A stretch of 56,526 bases of DNA, the filler included, from Squatina squatina (lineage: Eukaryota), in the NCBI GenBank assembly GCA_031763465.1. It is 4 parts of 4 records of this genome, joined end to end, with 100 filler letters (N's around TTAATTAATTAA, not from the genome) between each part and the next. Parts side by side here need not be neighbours in the genome. Positions count along the whole stretch, not along the records: positions 12,793 to 27,074 come from JARFOE010000120.1; 3 more parts are not named here. One strand, 5' to 3'. Position 1 is the first letter of the stretch. Each line of letters opens with the position of its first letter. Shown piece after piece: positions 12,693 through 27,074 of this stretch. A program made the position numbers and the translations under genes. Under the pieces are notes generated by a model. It saw nothing but the letters and a program-made list of their open reading frames with translations. It searched no databases and had not been told where the DNA came from.

Positions 12693-12792
12693 NNNNNNNN
12701 NNNNNNNNNNNNNNNNNNNNNNNNNNNNNNNNNNNNTTAATTAATTAANNNNNNNNNNNNNNNNNNNNNNNNNNNNNNNNNNNNNNNNNNNN
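12693..12792. other. Artificial scaffold-joining linker (N44-TTAATTAATTAA-N44)
   Basis: A 12-mer with stop codons in all six frames, centred in exactly 100 nt. Identical linkers occur at 27075 and 42343. Confidence 0.97.
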
Positions 12793-13140
12793 GCACTGAG
12801 GTCTTGTGGTAGCTTTTGAAAATAGGGAGAGAAGTGCAGGGACAAGGTGGCTGAAGGAGAAGGCCACTGTAAACCGTATACATTAAAGTGGAGTGTGTGT
12901 GCTGGGACATAGGGCTGGAGAAGATAACAGAGGTTGGTTGGAGGGATCTGAAAATGTGTATGGTATTTTTAACTTAATCTAATCAGGGATGGGGAACCAA
13001 TGGAAGGGTGTTTGGGAGTTGTTACAAGGCAAGATGTTCTGGATAAGTTGCAGTTTACACAAAGTGGAGCTTGAAGCGTCATTGAGGAGAGCATTGGGAG
13101 GTCATTAAGGGGATCATTGGAGAAATGAAGCCTTGGCAAC
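12793..13140 (-). mobile_element. Degenerate L2 LINE 3' region
   Basis: Antisense of L2 RT C-terminal motifs (ggaaccaatg = HW.P; gttctggataagttgcagttt = KLQLIQN; gagagcattg). Resembles 28200-28450 in reverse. Confidence 0.5.
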
Positions 13141-16100
13141 AACTTGGAACAGCAATTCTGTGTACTGGTATTTCAATACAATACAATACCGTAAAGCTCA
13201 ATGTATATACAGTATATGGCACACGGCTGGTTAAACATTGGCATAGACAGCAATACAAGTTACAAAATGGCATACAAGGATGCAATAATAAAGGCTAACT
13301 ACAGATTAGCCTCAGGAAGCACCAATATCTGAGAGTTCCACTCACTCTTCTGTTCTTGATGTGCTGAAAACTGTGGGCATGCAATCTAACCCTGCAGGGG
13401 GAAAATCAGTATGAGATTCAGGCTTGAATGAGTGTGACAGTCATAACTGAGCATCCTGAGCTTTATTCATCCAGCATCATTTCTTCCTGATCTTTATCAA
13501 CAGTGAATTACATCTGGACACACTGCACATTCCAAAGAAAAGAGAAGCTTTTTTTCCCCCTCTCAGCACCGTTCTCTGATAAAGGACACTGTTTCTTTCT
13601 GACTGGATTGCAGAACAGTTTTATTAGATTACAGGCAATGAGTAGATAACTACCGCTATTGCCATTATATTCCCATTTCTGTCTGGGACATTATAATTGT
13701 CTTTCATTTATATACCATTTTTATCTCCCAAGTGTTGAATTAGTTTGCACAGCAAATGCAAACTGAATGAAGTCAAATACTGAATCGTATTAGGGAAACA
13801 CATCCATTTATCAGCACATGTACTGTACTCAATATAAACTTAAAAGCTTCTTAGGCTTTTTCATTTGGAAATTTATGTTCGTTTAATCTCTTGTCTGGAT
13901 ATGAGCTAAAGCTTTGAAAGAAATTTNNNNNNNNNNNNNNNNNNNNNNNNNNNNNNNNNNNNNNNNNNNNNNNNNNNNNNNNNNNNNNNNNNNNNNNNNN
14001 NNNNNNNNNNNNNNNNNNNNNNNNNNGAAATGTTGTGTCTGTGCTTACTTCTACCCCTCATTCACCGCAATAAATCTCTGGCATGGTCACCGCTTGAATA
14101 TATCCCATATCTCAGTATATTATGTAGTGATGCCCCTCATCATAATGAATATGCAAATTTCAAAGGAGAGGAGGTCTTGAAGAACAGATAGCAATAAACA
14201 TAATGAAATGGTGGAAATCATGCTGCGCATTCATCTGCTGTACCGTAGGCCAGAATTTGAATCTCAGCCTCTGCTCCCCCTCCCCAACACCCCACCCCCC
14301 AACCAGGTGGCCATTTACCAAGCTGGAACATGGTACTGGGCCAGTGAGGGAAGTATTCGACCAATATTACAAAATGTCAGATAGCCACAAGTAGCATCAA
14401 TGGAGGTGAACCAGATTATCCAGCTTTCAAAGAAACATAGGAATAAGAGGAGGCCATTCAGNNNNNNNNNNAGCCCCTTGATGGCTGATCTGCACCTCAA
14501 CACCATTCCTGATCAGGTAGACAAGTTCTAAAATAAACATTGAAAAGCTCACATTTTCATACTACAATTCCACATTGACTAGACAATCCTCAAATTCTGG
14601 TCAGAGCTTTTTTGATAATTTCTCCGAGCATTTGTTGCGAGAACCGTGTATGCTTACTGATAATTCTGCAAGATAGGATTGAAGTACATTTTTCAGTACA
14701 TTGCACCAACAGAAACCTTGTCAATAATAGCTGTACACAGCTGTAGAGAGTTCTATCCACAGTATAAAAATCTTGCAAATTTCATGATTTAACATAATAC
14801 ATTGAGATATGAAGCCAATGTGCAAAGTATTCACAGTCAAGGGAAATATGGCACTGAATTATATATCAGCTACCCAGAAATTTGTACAAAAAAATAATTT
14901 AAAATGTTCCCTGCTAGCTGTCATAATACTCATAAGTAGATCTTGTTTGCTACTTAAAACTACCACAAAAAATCTGCTTTGATAACAGGACTGGTATTTT
15001 TAAAAGCTGGCTGCCAAATGATTTGGCTAATATGATTAAAGCCTTAACTTCTGCACATGCTTGCAAATCAAGGAAATTACACCTGTCACACTGGCTTAGC
15101 ATTATTCACACAATTTTTTTTTGATCTAGGTAGGTTATTAAAGTACACAAAGACACCACAAATGAAGTTAATTAACACTGTGGCCCGTAACTCAAGTGAC
15201 AACATTTCCTAAGTTCAATTTTAAGACTATATAATCAAAGAGTACACAAAATAGGGAAGGATTTAAATACAAATTATGACCAGATTTACAGCAGACTGGA
15301 AGCACTTACCAACACATCTATTCGCAAGGATTATGCTTGACTTCAAATCTGTTAAGAACCAGGTCTGACTTGTGAAATAATTCAAGTGGCGGCCATGCAT
15401 ATTGAGCTGCTGCANNNNNNNNNNNNNNNNNNNNNNNNNNNNNNNNNNNNNNNNNNNNNNNNNNNNNNNNNNNNNNNNNNNNNNNNNNNNNNNNNNNNNN
15501 NNNNNNNNNNNNNNGGCTCCCTTCAAGCATGGGTTCCCTGCTGGGAGCACAAAATTATGGAATTGACACTGTGGTTTCCAGGCATGTGGCAGATGTTGTC
15601 TTTCTCACTCAGTGGTTTTTTATTTTTTTCATTGGGCTGCACTAGTATTCGATCAAATCCGCTTGCTACATCCAGTAATCACTTGCCTTACTTTTGACTG
15701 TGACGATTATAGCACAATAAAATGTGGTATCATGAATGGGTTGGCATTTGGCAGTTCTTACAGCATTGATTTTTCTTGTGGATAATATGCTCTTACAATG
15801 CATAACGCAGCAAGACAATCTGGACTACCAGATTAAATTTGATGCAACTCTGATGCGTCCTGCCAATGAGTTGTCTCCTCACTATGACTGTTGCACGCGG
15901 AAGCAGCAATATAGTTTAGAAAGCAAATCCAGTTGGAATGAAAGATCGCTATAGTATTGTATCCTAAAAAGGAATACACTGCGTTGTAGCTTAAGCAGCA
16001 GCGCACCTGTGTTATAAAACTCCTTATTTCATGACTTGAATTAATGACTTGAATCAGTGTTTTCATGTTACTGTGATAGGGGCTTTTCCTACTAAAATTC

Positions 16101-19100
16101 AAATTGGAATAACTAAATTTTTAGCTTCATTCCAGAATACTGTGCATCTAGATATGCTTGCTCTATGTTGCTATAATTATATAATAAATCATCAGCCCAT
16201 AACTCGCGGCAAGTTGTTGTAAACTCTAAATGACTGAATGTATATCTTCAATACTATGTCAGATTTTTGATGGTGTCTGCATTCAATATCAATTTTATTG
16301 GTTGAAGTATTGTATAAAAAGAAAAAGCTTGCACTTGCATTGCACCAACAATGGACAGATATTGGTTTTAGTTGCCACACTCATCCATTCAAGATTAGCA
16401 CGCAGACACATTTGCACCAACTATAGACTCAGTTGAGCTGGTTCTTCCAAGAATCACTTAAACATATTTGATGAGCAGAGAAGATAAATGATTTTTGTTC
16501 ATGAAGATTGAATCTATAATTTTTTTATTAGAACCAGTGGCATTTAACAGAGATAAACTCTGACGGAATAGATTTATGTGCAGGCAAAATACATATGCAT
16601 GACCTGTTGTGAAAATTAAGTCTTCGCTCCATGATTAGTGAAGTGTGTATCTTTTTCAAATATTTGCCGTTTGATGTTTAATTTAACTCTGAATGGGTTT
16701 TCTACAAATGTATTTGTTCGAATTCATTAATCATTGTAGAAACCAGCTAAAATATGTTAATTCATGTAAAGGTTATCCCAGTATTATTATCAGCTAGATT
16801 TCGAAAGCTACATTGTAGAGGCAGTCTACTGGTTTCCATTCATTCAAACTCAGATTAAAAATGACCTTGTTAGCATTATTCTTGCATCAAGATCACACAA
16901 GCAAGAGATTTCAATAAAGAATCAATGTACTGTATAAAGGATACAGAAACTGAGATTAGATTCAATTACAGTAGGAAGCAAATGCCTAAATAACAGTTGC
17001 CTTTCACTGGAGCAAATGTTCCGAGGCGCCTTCTGTATGTAGATTTTTCAGTTACATTTGTGACCTTGTAACTGTTGAATGCGTTGCAGAGAAACATGCG
17101 ACAGCCGGTGTTGCCGCGAGGCNNNNNNNNNNNNNNNNNNNNNNNNNNNNNNNNNNNNNNNNNNNNNNNNNNNNNNNNNNNNNNNNNNNNNNNNNNNNNN
17201 NNNNNNNNNNNNNNNNNNNNNNCAAAAACCGTTTTTGCAGAGAATCACTTCAAACTCCTCTGGAGACTTCCTCTTTCTCTCGAACAACATTCGTTTCCAT
17301 TTAAAAAACATAACATATTCAAATTGCTGTAATTTTTATGGCGTCTCTCTGTTTTTTTTGTAAGTCAGTACTGTCAGCAAGTAGAAAGCGCAATCTCTCG
17401 CCAGGGGATGATACTCTGATGTTTCTCCATTTTACGCTAATAGTTTTACTGATTGAAAATTCATTCTAAGCCTAACCAGAAAGAGAATTGGGAGTCCCTC
17501 AGATACTATTGGGTTAGAATAATTTATGAAGTGAAGTCTAGCAAAGCACAAAGCCATTTAGGGTAGTGTAAATCAAGAGAAATTGTTGTTCTGGATTTGT
17601 AGTTTTCACCAGATTCTCTGTGGATATCAAGAGCTACAATTATTTTAACTGAGCTTGTTCTCGTATGATAGTAAATGGCTATTCCACAATTTTAAATAGT
17701 ATTTTCTTGGGATCTGAATAGAATGCGAGTATACTTGGTATGCTGGTACATTCTCAGGTCTGTTGATTCTTGCCGTAAGAGACTGTTTATTTGTGCTAAC
17801 CATTTCCTAAACCTATTGGCCCTGAATGTGTAAAAGATAAGCATTGTCTTAACGGAGCTGAATAGTTCTGATGCTGAGTGTAGTTCACAGTAGAATAACA
17901 AACAAGCAATGTGCAGAGGTTTTTCGATTCTAGTTGTTGTGATGGGTGCAATACGAAACAGATATTTGAAGGTTATATTTTTTGTTAAAATATCTTTGTC
18001 AGTCTGTTCTTTTACCTTTTATGCACAGAATATACACAACAATGAGACAGTAAAAGTGTTTAGACAAAGAACAGTGAGGTTTATTAGTAATTAAAATAGT
18101 AATTATTTCTCCATTAGCTGCAACAGATAGGAACTGAAATAAAAGACTGTACTGAATTTTTTTAAAAGCACATGCTGAACTTATTTATTTTTAAGGGGCT
18201 ATTATGTTACTGCATGTGAAGAATGGAAATGGTTGCACTCTATGCATTTTCTGGTCTCCTGACAGTACGACAAGAAACACACCATGTGGTCATTCACAGC
18301 TGTGAACCCATGTTCTACTGCACTGTGACACAGTGTATTGAAGATCCAAAAAGATAGACCGTTCCCCTGCCTTTTCAATCAATCAACCAGTCTGCTTATT
18401 TTTACACTAGATCCAAAAGGGCCTGGAAACTGAAGATCAATCAAAGCCATTAGTATTATTAGGTCCCATATATATCTTCAAAACTACAACAAATGTGATT
18501 TTTTTAAAGAGCTCATTATTTCAAGGGAAACTGAAATTACGAGATTGCACAGTTTTAGTTGCACATATCCATAGAACACTTCATTTGCAAGTCAGAGTAT
18601 TTTTTCAGCAACACAGCATAATCTTAGCAATTTGTTTTTTAAAAAAGGGAATTACATTATTGTTCTCACATATTTTAGGCAAAGGATAAGAGCGTTAGAG
18701 AGTTAAACCAGTGCTGGCAATCTCACTTGCTGTTGTGGAAGACTCATGTTCACATTTGTCAATCTGAGTCTTATTTTTCCAGATATTTGGCCAATCCCTC
18801 ACCCCATAAGTGAACCTACTCTGAACTCATCCAGTCCAGCTGGCTGTAACTGTGGTTTATAGAGAATAATTATTTAACAAAAGAAAAAGCACAGTTCTGT
18901 TTTTCATGGAAAATGCACAGACCAAGTACATTTATCAACATCTTCATAAAATATTGCTTGCAACAATGCTGAGGTTCAGCTTGCTTTCAGTTATAAAAGG
19001 CACACATATTCATATATTACACTCCCTTTGATGCTTTCTTTATAGAAACCAAGATAAACTAGTGACTCAATGTGAAGCTGGTAAGATCAGTATCAAGCTT

Positions 19101-20110
19101 ATTGCTGCAGTTAATTCCCGTCCACATCTGACACAATGCATAATCTGCTTCTTATCTTACATGCAGAATGTATTCCCAGGTAATGCACAGTGCAGTAAAA
19201 CCCAATGTCATTTCAGTTGAAACCACATGATGCAATAGCCTGTCAATTCAAATCTTGTGATTCAATCATGAATAAAATGAGAAAGATGAAGGAAGTCTAA
19301 TACTTGTGGGCTTCCTCAAGAAGTAGATCGCCCGAATAGTTACGACTGACACTCGGATTGGCTTGTTTGCTCAGTTAAATTACTTTTTTTGAAGTTCATG
19401 ATTGATGACCTCAGACTCCAGAGGTGCACCACTGGAGTGGAGTGGCTCTTCTCTCATTTACAGCAGCTCACCTTGTTAGCTCTGCTCCAATAACGAGGAC
19501 TGGCAAATACAGGTCCTGCTGAGTCAGGAGGGAAACCAGCTCGCTATGTGCATGCACAAAGACTGCGTGGATGCTAAGAGATCTATCACTTTTGTATCTT
19601 TTGTGTCCCAGATATTTTGGCATGCATTATAAAAGGCACACTTATTCACATATTCAAGCCCTCCATTTTCATGGAAGTGTTACCTCCCTACGTACTTGCT
19701 TGCCACAAAATCTTTAACATACCGAAGTGACAGTAGCGGTGCATATGTAAGTTAGAAACTTCTGATCAACTAAGAAACAAATGCTGAGTTATTAATGACT
19801 TGACCTTCCAAATAGTTCATTCAGAAAGAAAAAGTGAGTACTACTGGAGCATAATCGGACAGCAGAATCAAACCCATCTACAATTCTGGACTGCAGCAAG
19901 GTGCCCGAGTAGAACAAAAGAAAGATAATCGGAGCTATTGGGTTTAGAGTGATAGGCAAAATCAAAAAGGGGTTATGTTACATCTTCCCTGAATATCCAC
20001 AGAATCAAAGNNNNNNNNNNNNNNNNNNNNNNNNNNNNNNNNNNNNNNNNNNNNNNNNNNNNNNNNNNNNNNNNNNNNNNNNNNNNNNNNNNNNNNNNNN
20101 NNNNNNNNNN

Positions 20111-20645
20111 CGTTACTATCCCCTTTAGCCTTGCATCATTATCCTTTTATCATTTAATCACTCCTGCCAGGTCCAATGGCGGGCAGGAAAGCAGGTAAGC
20201 TTGGTGGGCTGGGAGGAAGCACTCCTGCTCCCCTTGGCCCACAAGCAGTGCTGAAAAAGCATCTTCCACGAAGCAGTCCTCGCCTGTTTTTAGCTGCCGG
20301 GTTTCCCAAGGCACGGGAAACCTGGCAGGCCAGGGTAAAACCTGGAATATAAGTTGAATCACAAGTAGCCTCCTTATAGTATTTAAATGACCAACCTGCC
20401 TCCTGGGAGCAGATTGGTTGGCTGCCCCACTCCATTAACACCGGAAGTGGGCAGGCTGGGTTCAGGGTTTGAGATTTTTTTTAATTTCCACATCTCACCT
20501 GACCTAAAGCCACCTGTTTTGTGGGGTTAAAATTCCCCCCATTAACTCTGTTTCTGTCTCCAGATACTACCTGACCTGCTGAGTGTTTCCAGCATTGTCA
20601 GTTTTCATTTCAGGTTTCCAGCATCCGTAATATTTTGCTTTGCTT
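20111..20645 (+). mobile_element. Penelope-type terminal repeat fragment interrupted by a MITE-like segment (~20170-20540)
   Basis: 20542-20645 (ttaactctgtttctgtctccagat...cctgacctgctgagtgtttccagcatt...) matches the arm at 46175-46244. 20111-20168 resembles the upstream part of this terminus. The intervening GC-rich piece ends in AAAATTCCCCCC. Confidence 0.6.
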
Positions 20646-21744
20646 TTAATGAGCAAAGATTCACTGTTAACAATATGTTAAAAAAAATCATGTTATTTCA
20701 TATGGGCCTTTCCAACCTCCCTCACTGACTCTTTTTGTATGAAATGACACTCCTGGAAAGGGAAAGCTATTTCAAATTGCACTGTAACTTTCTATGAACC
20801 TGGATAATATTACAGCCAATACTGACCTTTTTGAAAATGAAGCTTTGATGCTGGAATGTTAATGTACACTTCTCAATCTCCAAACAGTTATGAGCTCCAT
20901 TTTGATCATTACGCTATAATTTATAAAAGAACAGTTACTTAATATCTTCTCCTTTCACTGCACACTTGTAAAAATAACCTTTACACCCAAATTTCTAACT
21001 TTGCAGATTAGAAAGTGAAATTAGAGAGTTATATGGAACTACAAAGCATTTCATTGGATTTTCTTCTCAAAATAAAACCATACTTGTTCTATGTTTAATT
21101 TTGGTGTACAAATGCAAGGCAAGTTCTCAAGGGACACACGGCAACTTACAACTCCGAGAGCTGCAAGCCTGGGACAATTAAACGCTTTCATCTGTGCTTG
21201 TTCCTCAGTGTTTTCTCTCCTCTTCTTGTCCCATAAAGGCTTTGACTGCTTGGTAAGTTACACAGGGCAATTCCATGATCCACTCTCTCCCTGCAGGGAG
21301 AATTGGGGCTACAATGTTGAAGTGGTATCTTTGATCTGCACTTCCTATAGGGATCACAAAATTACCCCCATAGTTCTGCGCCATCTTGTCTAAGTGACCA
21401 TTCTTAATGTGTGAGCCCAGACAGAGGGTGTTGGAAGGTTATTCAACTATTGGAGGTATGGCAGGCAAGGCCAAACCGGTCCTCACCTGACCCTGGTCCC
21501 ATCCCACACACATACATTACATACAGGAGGAGTAACTGAATAACAATCTGGATTAGGAGCTTGGACTGATTTTCCCCTTCCTCTTCCTAACCCACGAGGC
21601 CGATTGTCAGCTTTCTCAAAACATCAACCCAAGCTTGAGACCTTCTCAGTCTATATTGCTTATTTCATAAAAATATTTTGTTGCAGTCTTCTTCTGTAGT
21701 AACTATACCTCCCAACATCCCCCCCCCTCCAAAAAAAAATTGGT

Positions 21745-22017
21745 GTTATTCGCAAATTTTGAAATTGTACTTCTGATTTCTGAGTCCAGATCATTTATGT
21801 AAATGGTAAACAACAGTGGTCCCAGCACCAATCTTTGTGGAACACCACTTCCCACCTTTTGCCAGTCTGAGTAACAGTCTACTTGGATTTTTAGGAGACG
21901 TTTGATAAATGTCCATTTGTGGGCTCAAAGATGATTCAGAGTCATGGAATTAATGGCAAATTAGCAAATTGGGTTTTAAATTGGCTTAGCAATAGAGAAC
22001 AGGTGGTGATGATAGAT
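21745..22017. mobile_element. Two CR1 LINE RT fragments in opposite orientations
   Basis: Minus 21745-21870 reads GVPQRLVLGPLLFTIYINDLDS...ISKFANNT. Plus 21880-22017 reads YLDF*ETFDK...IQSHGINGKLANWVLNWLSNREQVV. Confidence 0.75.
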
Positions 22018-24829
22018 NNNNNNNNNNNNNNNNNNNNNNNNNNNNNNNNNNNNNNNNNNNNNNNNNNNNNNNNNNNNNNNNNNNNNNNNNNNNNNNNNNN
22101 NNNNNNNNNNNNNNNNNTTACAGACAGCTATGGCATAGAACAGTCAGCAGTCAGTGGAGGAGCCAAGAACTGTACAAGAAGGTATCGCAGTCTGGTACCT
22201 TGAAAATCAACCGACCTGTAGTTTCTGAAAGATCTGGACCCTGCACTTTCAAGGCTGTTAGTATTTGTTTATTTTGAACTCTATATCAGGACCTGACTTC
22301 ATGTTAACTTTACTGTAATCAGTATCAATCAAATTCTGATTTGTTTATGATGCATCACTTGATTACTTTGCCTACTGTAATTGTACACTTGAGATTTGTA
22401 ACAAGAGTCTTTTTTNNNNNNNNNNATTGATTGCAAAGGAAAAGTAGTTGGTTACTCAGCTTGCAGCAAACAAACATCCCCCAACTCTCGTGTAACAGAT
22501 CAAAGAACATTCCCTAAAAGACCACATTTCATTTCAAGTACATGCTATTAGGAAAACTTGAACACAATCAGGTTTAAATGGGCTTTCTCAGATTTCAAAG
22601 GAAGGCACATATGCCACATTAAGTGGGAGATGCAGACCGTATTACCCTGAAATGACTGCACAGTGTGCCTCACCGATCACAATTCACCTTGCAATCAAAC
22701 CTCCCTCCTCCCCCACCTGTGCCCTGGTTTCTCTTTGATCCACTTTAACGAATGGCTTAAAGATCTACAGACTGCGATTTGACATCTCCACCCATTAGCT
22801 GAAAGTGTGATGGATGACATGAGCAGCACCTGTAAACAAGGCTCTTCAGAACTTGTCAACTGCACTCTAACCCACCATCTGTCTTCCGTTTTCATTGCGC
22901 AGACCTGGCAGCACCTCTTCAAATTGTTTCATTTTCTGGTCACTGGGAAAAAAAAACTTGGAATATCCTATAAACGAATTGCCAAGGTGGAATGGAAACA
23001 AAACAACAAAAAAGAGTGATTGGATGAATGGGAGGTCTTGTCATATACATCCCAAAATACTTCCCCTCGACCACCAGCCTTCAAGCATCCTAGACAACCA
23101 CTTTCCTCACACAGAAAAAACCCCGAACACTACAAATAAACCCACATGCAAAAAAACTGGCTTCTGTGCAGGAGATCGTCAAAGCTGGCAGATGCTCTCA
23201 GCGGGTGGGACTGGCTGACTAAAGCTTAGCATTTAAGGTGTAAGATGGACAGATGTTGTTAAATGTACAGCGCAAGCAGTAACAACTGAGAGAGAGCATT
23301 GCAGGAAGGCCAAGGAGCTGCACATTGTAGGCTTGACATATGGATAAACAGTGGGGTGTAAAATAAGCACGCAGGAGCATTTTTCAAAATCTTAATGCTG
23401 CAGCACGCAATTCTATTATCAATTTACTTCTACACTACTTGCCAGGAAGAACATACCATAGAAATACAAGTCAGCATCCAATTCCCATTTATTATTAAAG
23501 GTATAGTGATTGAAAGCTTGTAAAAGCTCATTTAAGTTGCCAGTTGAATATGCAGCAATAAACTGGGACCTGAGCCTGATGTTGAAATAGAGCTAAGTAG
23601 TTGACCAGAACGCTCCATGATATGGGGTGCAATACTCATGCATAAGCAGCAATGCTGAATATAGGTTCACTTGTCTAAACTGCAGACATTGTAAATAGTT
23701 AAGTATCGCAACTTCCAGAAGATATGTTGCAAATTATTTAGTTCCACTTGTATTCATAGCGGTAATTTAGTCACAGAGTGGTCCAGCATGACTCTGGAAT
23801 TTCATCCCATAGCTGCCCCTGTTCAGATCAGCAATGGAGGACACCCCAGAACTGCAATTTGGAATTACATTTTGCTGGCAACAATGTAAAAATGGAGTTC
23901 GGAATTGTTTTCACCTTAGCGCTCAGTGTTAATTGTTCCCAATTAAATCCTGAATTAGCAAATTACTTAATTTCCACAATAGTGGTACATCAACGTTCAT
24001 TGCTTTGAGGAGNNNNNNNNNNNNNNNNNNNNNNNNNNNNNNNNNNNNNNNNNNNNNNNNNNNNNNNNNNNNNNNNNNNNNNNNNNNNNNNNNNNNNNNN
24101 NNNNNNNNNNNNNNNNNNNNNNNNNNNNNNNNNNNNNNNNNNNNNNNNNNNNNNNNNNNNNNNNNNNNNNNNNNNNNNNNNNNNNNNNNNNNNNNNNNNN
24201 NNNNNNNNNNNNNNNNNNNNNNNNNNNNNNNNNNNNNNNNNNNNNNNNNNNNNNNNNNNNNNNNNNNNNNNNNNNNNNNNNNNNNNNNNNNNNNNNNNNN
24301 NNNNNNNNNNNNNNNNNNNNNNNNNNNNNNNNNNNNNNNNNNNNNNNNNNNNNNNNNNNNNNNNNNNNNNNNNNNNNNNNNNNNNNNNNNNNNNNNNNNN
24401 NNNNNNNNNNNNNNNNNNNNNNNNNNNNNNNNNNNNNNNNNNNNNNNNNNNNNNNNNNNNNNNNNNNNNNNNNNNNNNNNNNNNNNNNNNNNNNNNNNNN
24501 NNNNNNNNNNNNNNNNNNNNNNNNNNNNGCTCAGTGATCAGTGTGAATCGGGGAGTGAGAAAACCTGGAGAGGAGGACTCAGTGAGGATTGGGTAGTGAG
24601 AAACTGGAAGTCACGATCAGCAAAAGCACTTTTTACAATCACAGTGGTAGTGAAAGCACAAGAGTGAGGTGCGATTAGTAGTGAGAAATAACTGGTCAGC
24701 AGATTCTATCAGTGACAAAGTGGAAGAACAATCAGCCAATCACTGGAGAGAAACTGTGATATCAGTAAGTGATTCAGGGGTGAGTTGAGGAGAATGAGCA
24801 AGAATCCATGGACAAGCTGACATGGGGAA

Positions 24830-25266
24830 AAGGTAGAACATAATGAACAAACTTTTAAAAACTATAATTTTTTTTAAGTGTCTTAAAAATTGTAATTTTT
24901 ATCAAAATGGAGAAATTTGACACTCCACAAAATTAAAATTAGTTTTTCAGGGCTACAACGCTTGTTTAGCAATCAATACACTGTTAAAATCTCAGTTACA
25001 CCTAATCCAAGGTCTTACGAAGTTACTACCATGGAAAAACACAAGTTTTCGTCAGTTTCCATGATTTCCCCGATTTCCGACGATGGGGAGGCGGGGGAGG
25101 TGGCACAGCGCAGCTAGAATCAGAGCAGTGAGTGACTGACTGCAACTTCAGGATTTCCGCGTTTAGGTGCACATGCGCTACATCCTTAAGTTGCGGTCAG
25201 TTTTCAACGGGTAATAACAGTGAACACTATTTGTTCGCCATTATTACTCAACACAAATTCTGGCCC
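24830..25266. mobile_element. MITE-like element end
   Basis: CpG-enriched block ending in the terminal-type motif CAAATTCTGGCCC (25254-25266). Confidence 0.35.
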
Positions 25267-26766
25267 TCTGTTTTCCAGCCTAGAGATTGCTGTTGTTGAT
25301 ATTTAATGCATTGGATGAAAACACTTGTATTACAATTCTGCTTCCTCTGACGCATCGGCAGAGCAATGACCAAAAAATGTTAAGTGTTTGCTCACTAATA
25401 TCACCAACGTTCATTTCTAGGTTTTTGTGTTTCAGTTCCCTCCTTAGGTGTCATTTATTTGCTTCTTTCAATTCTTTCTCTCTGTATCTTGTTTTTCCAG
25501 GTCTCTGTTCCTTGTTCTGTCTTTCTCTGCGTCTGTCTCTGTGTCTATCTCTGCGTCTCAATTTGCTTGCCAAAATGCTCAGCCCAAAGAAACACAGAGA
25601 CCGAGGAACAGCAACAAGAGATGCAAGGACTCAGACCTCTCTCAACTGAATGACAGCAACCAAGCTATGTGGACATACAGATTAGAAACTAAAGTTACAG
25701 GTGCCCATCTGAAGAGAGCAGATCTCGAAACCTCTAGGACTGCGACATAGCTGTTTGCTGTCCAAATCTGTGATGAGAATGAACGTTTCCACTACATATG
25801 GGAATCACCTGAGATTTGGGACCACTGCAAATACTGCTGAGTCGCCATTTGTCCAATAGCTACCTATAAAAAGCCCTATCATAGTGCATTTTATTCACTC
25901 TCCTCAACCCACACTTCAATAATAGGGGCTCTTAATGTGAAACTCTATATACCAATTAGTTTATTAGGCAGTCAGCAGCACATATTCAGATTGTGAGTAA
26001 TTTTATTGTCCAATTACTGCCAAACAGAAAAATGCACTCTAAGCAGTAAAGGCATGTTCAGCACTTTTATCACATTTTGCCCTTTCCACTCTGGTTTTAA
26101 TACAGCATTAAATGTTTACCACCAGTGNNNNNNNNNNNNNNNNNNNNNNNNNNNNNNNNNNNNNNNNNNNNNNNNNNNNNNNNNNNNNNNNNNNNNNNNN
26201 NNNNNNNNNNNNNNNNNNNNNNNNNNNTTTCGGCCACTTATAATACATTAGACCTAATATACTCAATTGTTATCTTAGTTTTCAATGAAGATATATATAT
26301 ATAAAAATCTGTGCTTAAATTGAATTGGCTTATTTGAGAACTGACTAGCTAGGAACATATTTTGAAATGCACACTGGTTCTTCCCCCTCTTCAAGAGGTT
26401 GCCTCAGCTTAGCTGGAAGGCCGGAAAGATTTGCGCTGTGGGTCAACAATACATGTGATTGGTAAAAAGGAGAAGCATTTTTGCACAGTTGAACTGACCT
26501 TTCAGTTCTCTTCCCCTCCCCAAGTGCTTTGATCTAGCAAATCTAGAAAATGTTCAAAAGTCTCCCAATGAAAACAATTAGCTTTCAGTCAGAAAACTGG
26601 GATTTAATGTGCAAGTTTCTGGCTGGGATTTCAGTACTTTCTCACTTAGCACAATATCAGGCCAAGAAGAACGTATTTCAACATATTTACTCTCACTTTA
26701 ACATAATTAATGCAACAATTGTTAATCGATGACTATCCCACAAATATGTACCAAAGTATGACCTAC

Positions 26767-27074
26767 CGCAGTGTGAATCGGTCCACTGTTGAGCTGCTAG
26801 CCAGAGACACGTGAAAAGTGACAACTTCGCCTTGTTTGACAGGCCTTTGTAAAACTGAGATTATAACGTTGTTGTCTAGTCTCATTTCCGTTCGCTGTGG
26901 GTTCCCAGATCCTTGGCGAAGTCGGACACTGCCAATACGTTGCAGAGAATGGAGCATTTCATCAACATCATCACGGCCTGGGCGGATAGCATTGCCCTTT
27001 CGTGTGTCCTCTGCATCACAGTCCCCGTCTTCATCAGTACCCTGCACCATGTAGTAAAGCTCCACTGGAGTTCC
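26767..27074 (-). CDS. TMEM132C: Transmembrane protein 132 family (TMEM132C-like), 3' part of the large exon 2; 5' end truncated by the linker
   Basis: GTPVELYYMVQGTDEDGDCDAEDTRKGNAIRPGRDD...LQRIGSVRL...EMRLDNNVII...RPVKQGEVVT...SSSTVDRFTLR, with a phase-2 donor CG|gtaggt. RKGNAIRPG and RPVKQGEVVT favour C over D. Confidence 0.85.

Noticed and set aside
12737-12748. TTAATTAATTAA palindrome as a homeodomain site or recombination signal
   Set aside because: It is embedded symmetrically in Ns three times, so it is an assembly linker.
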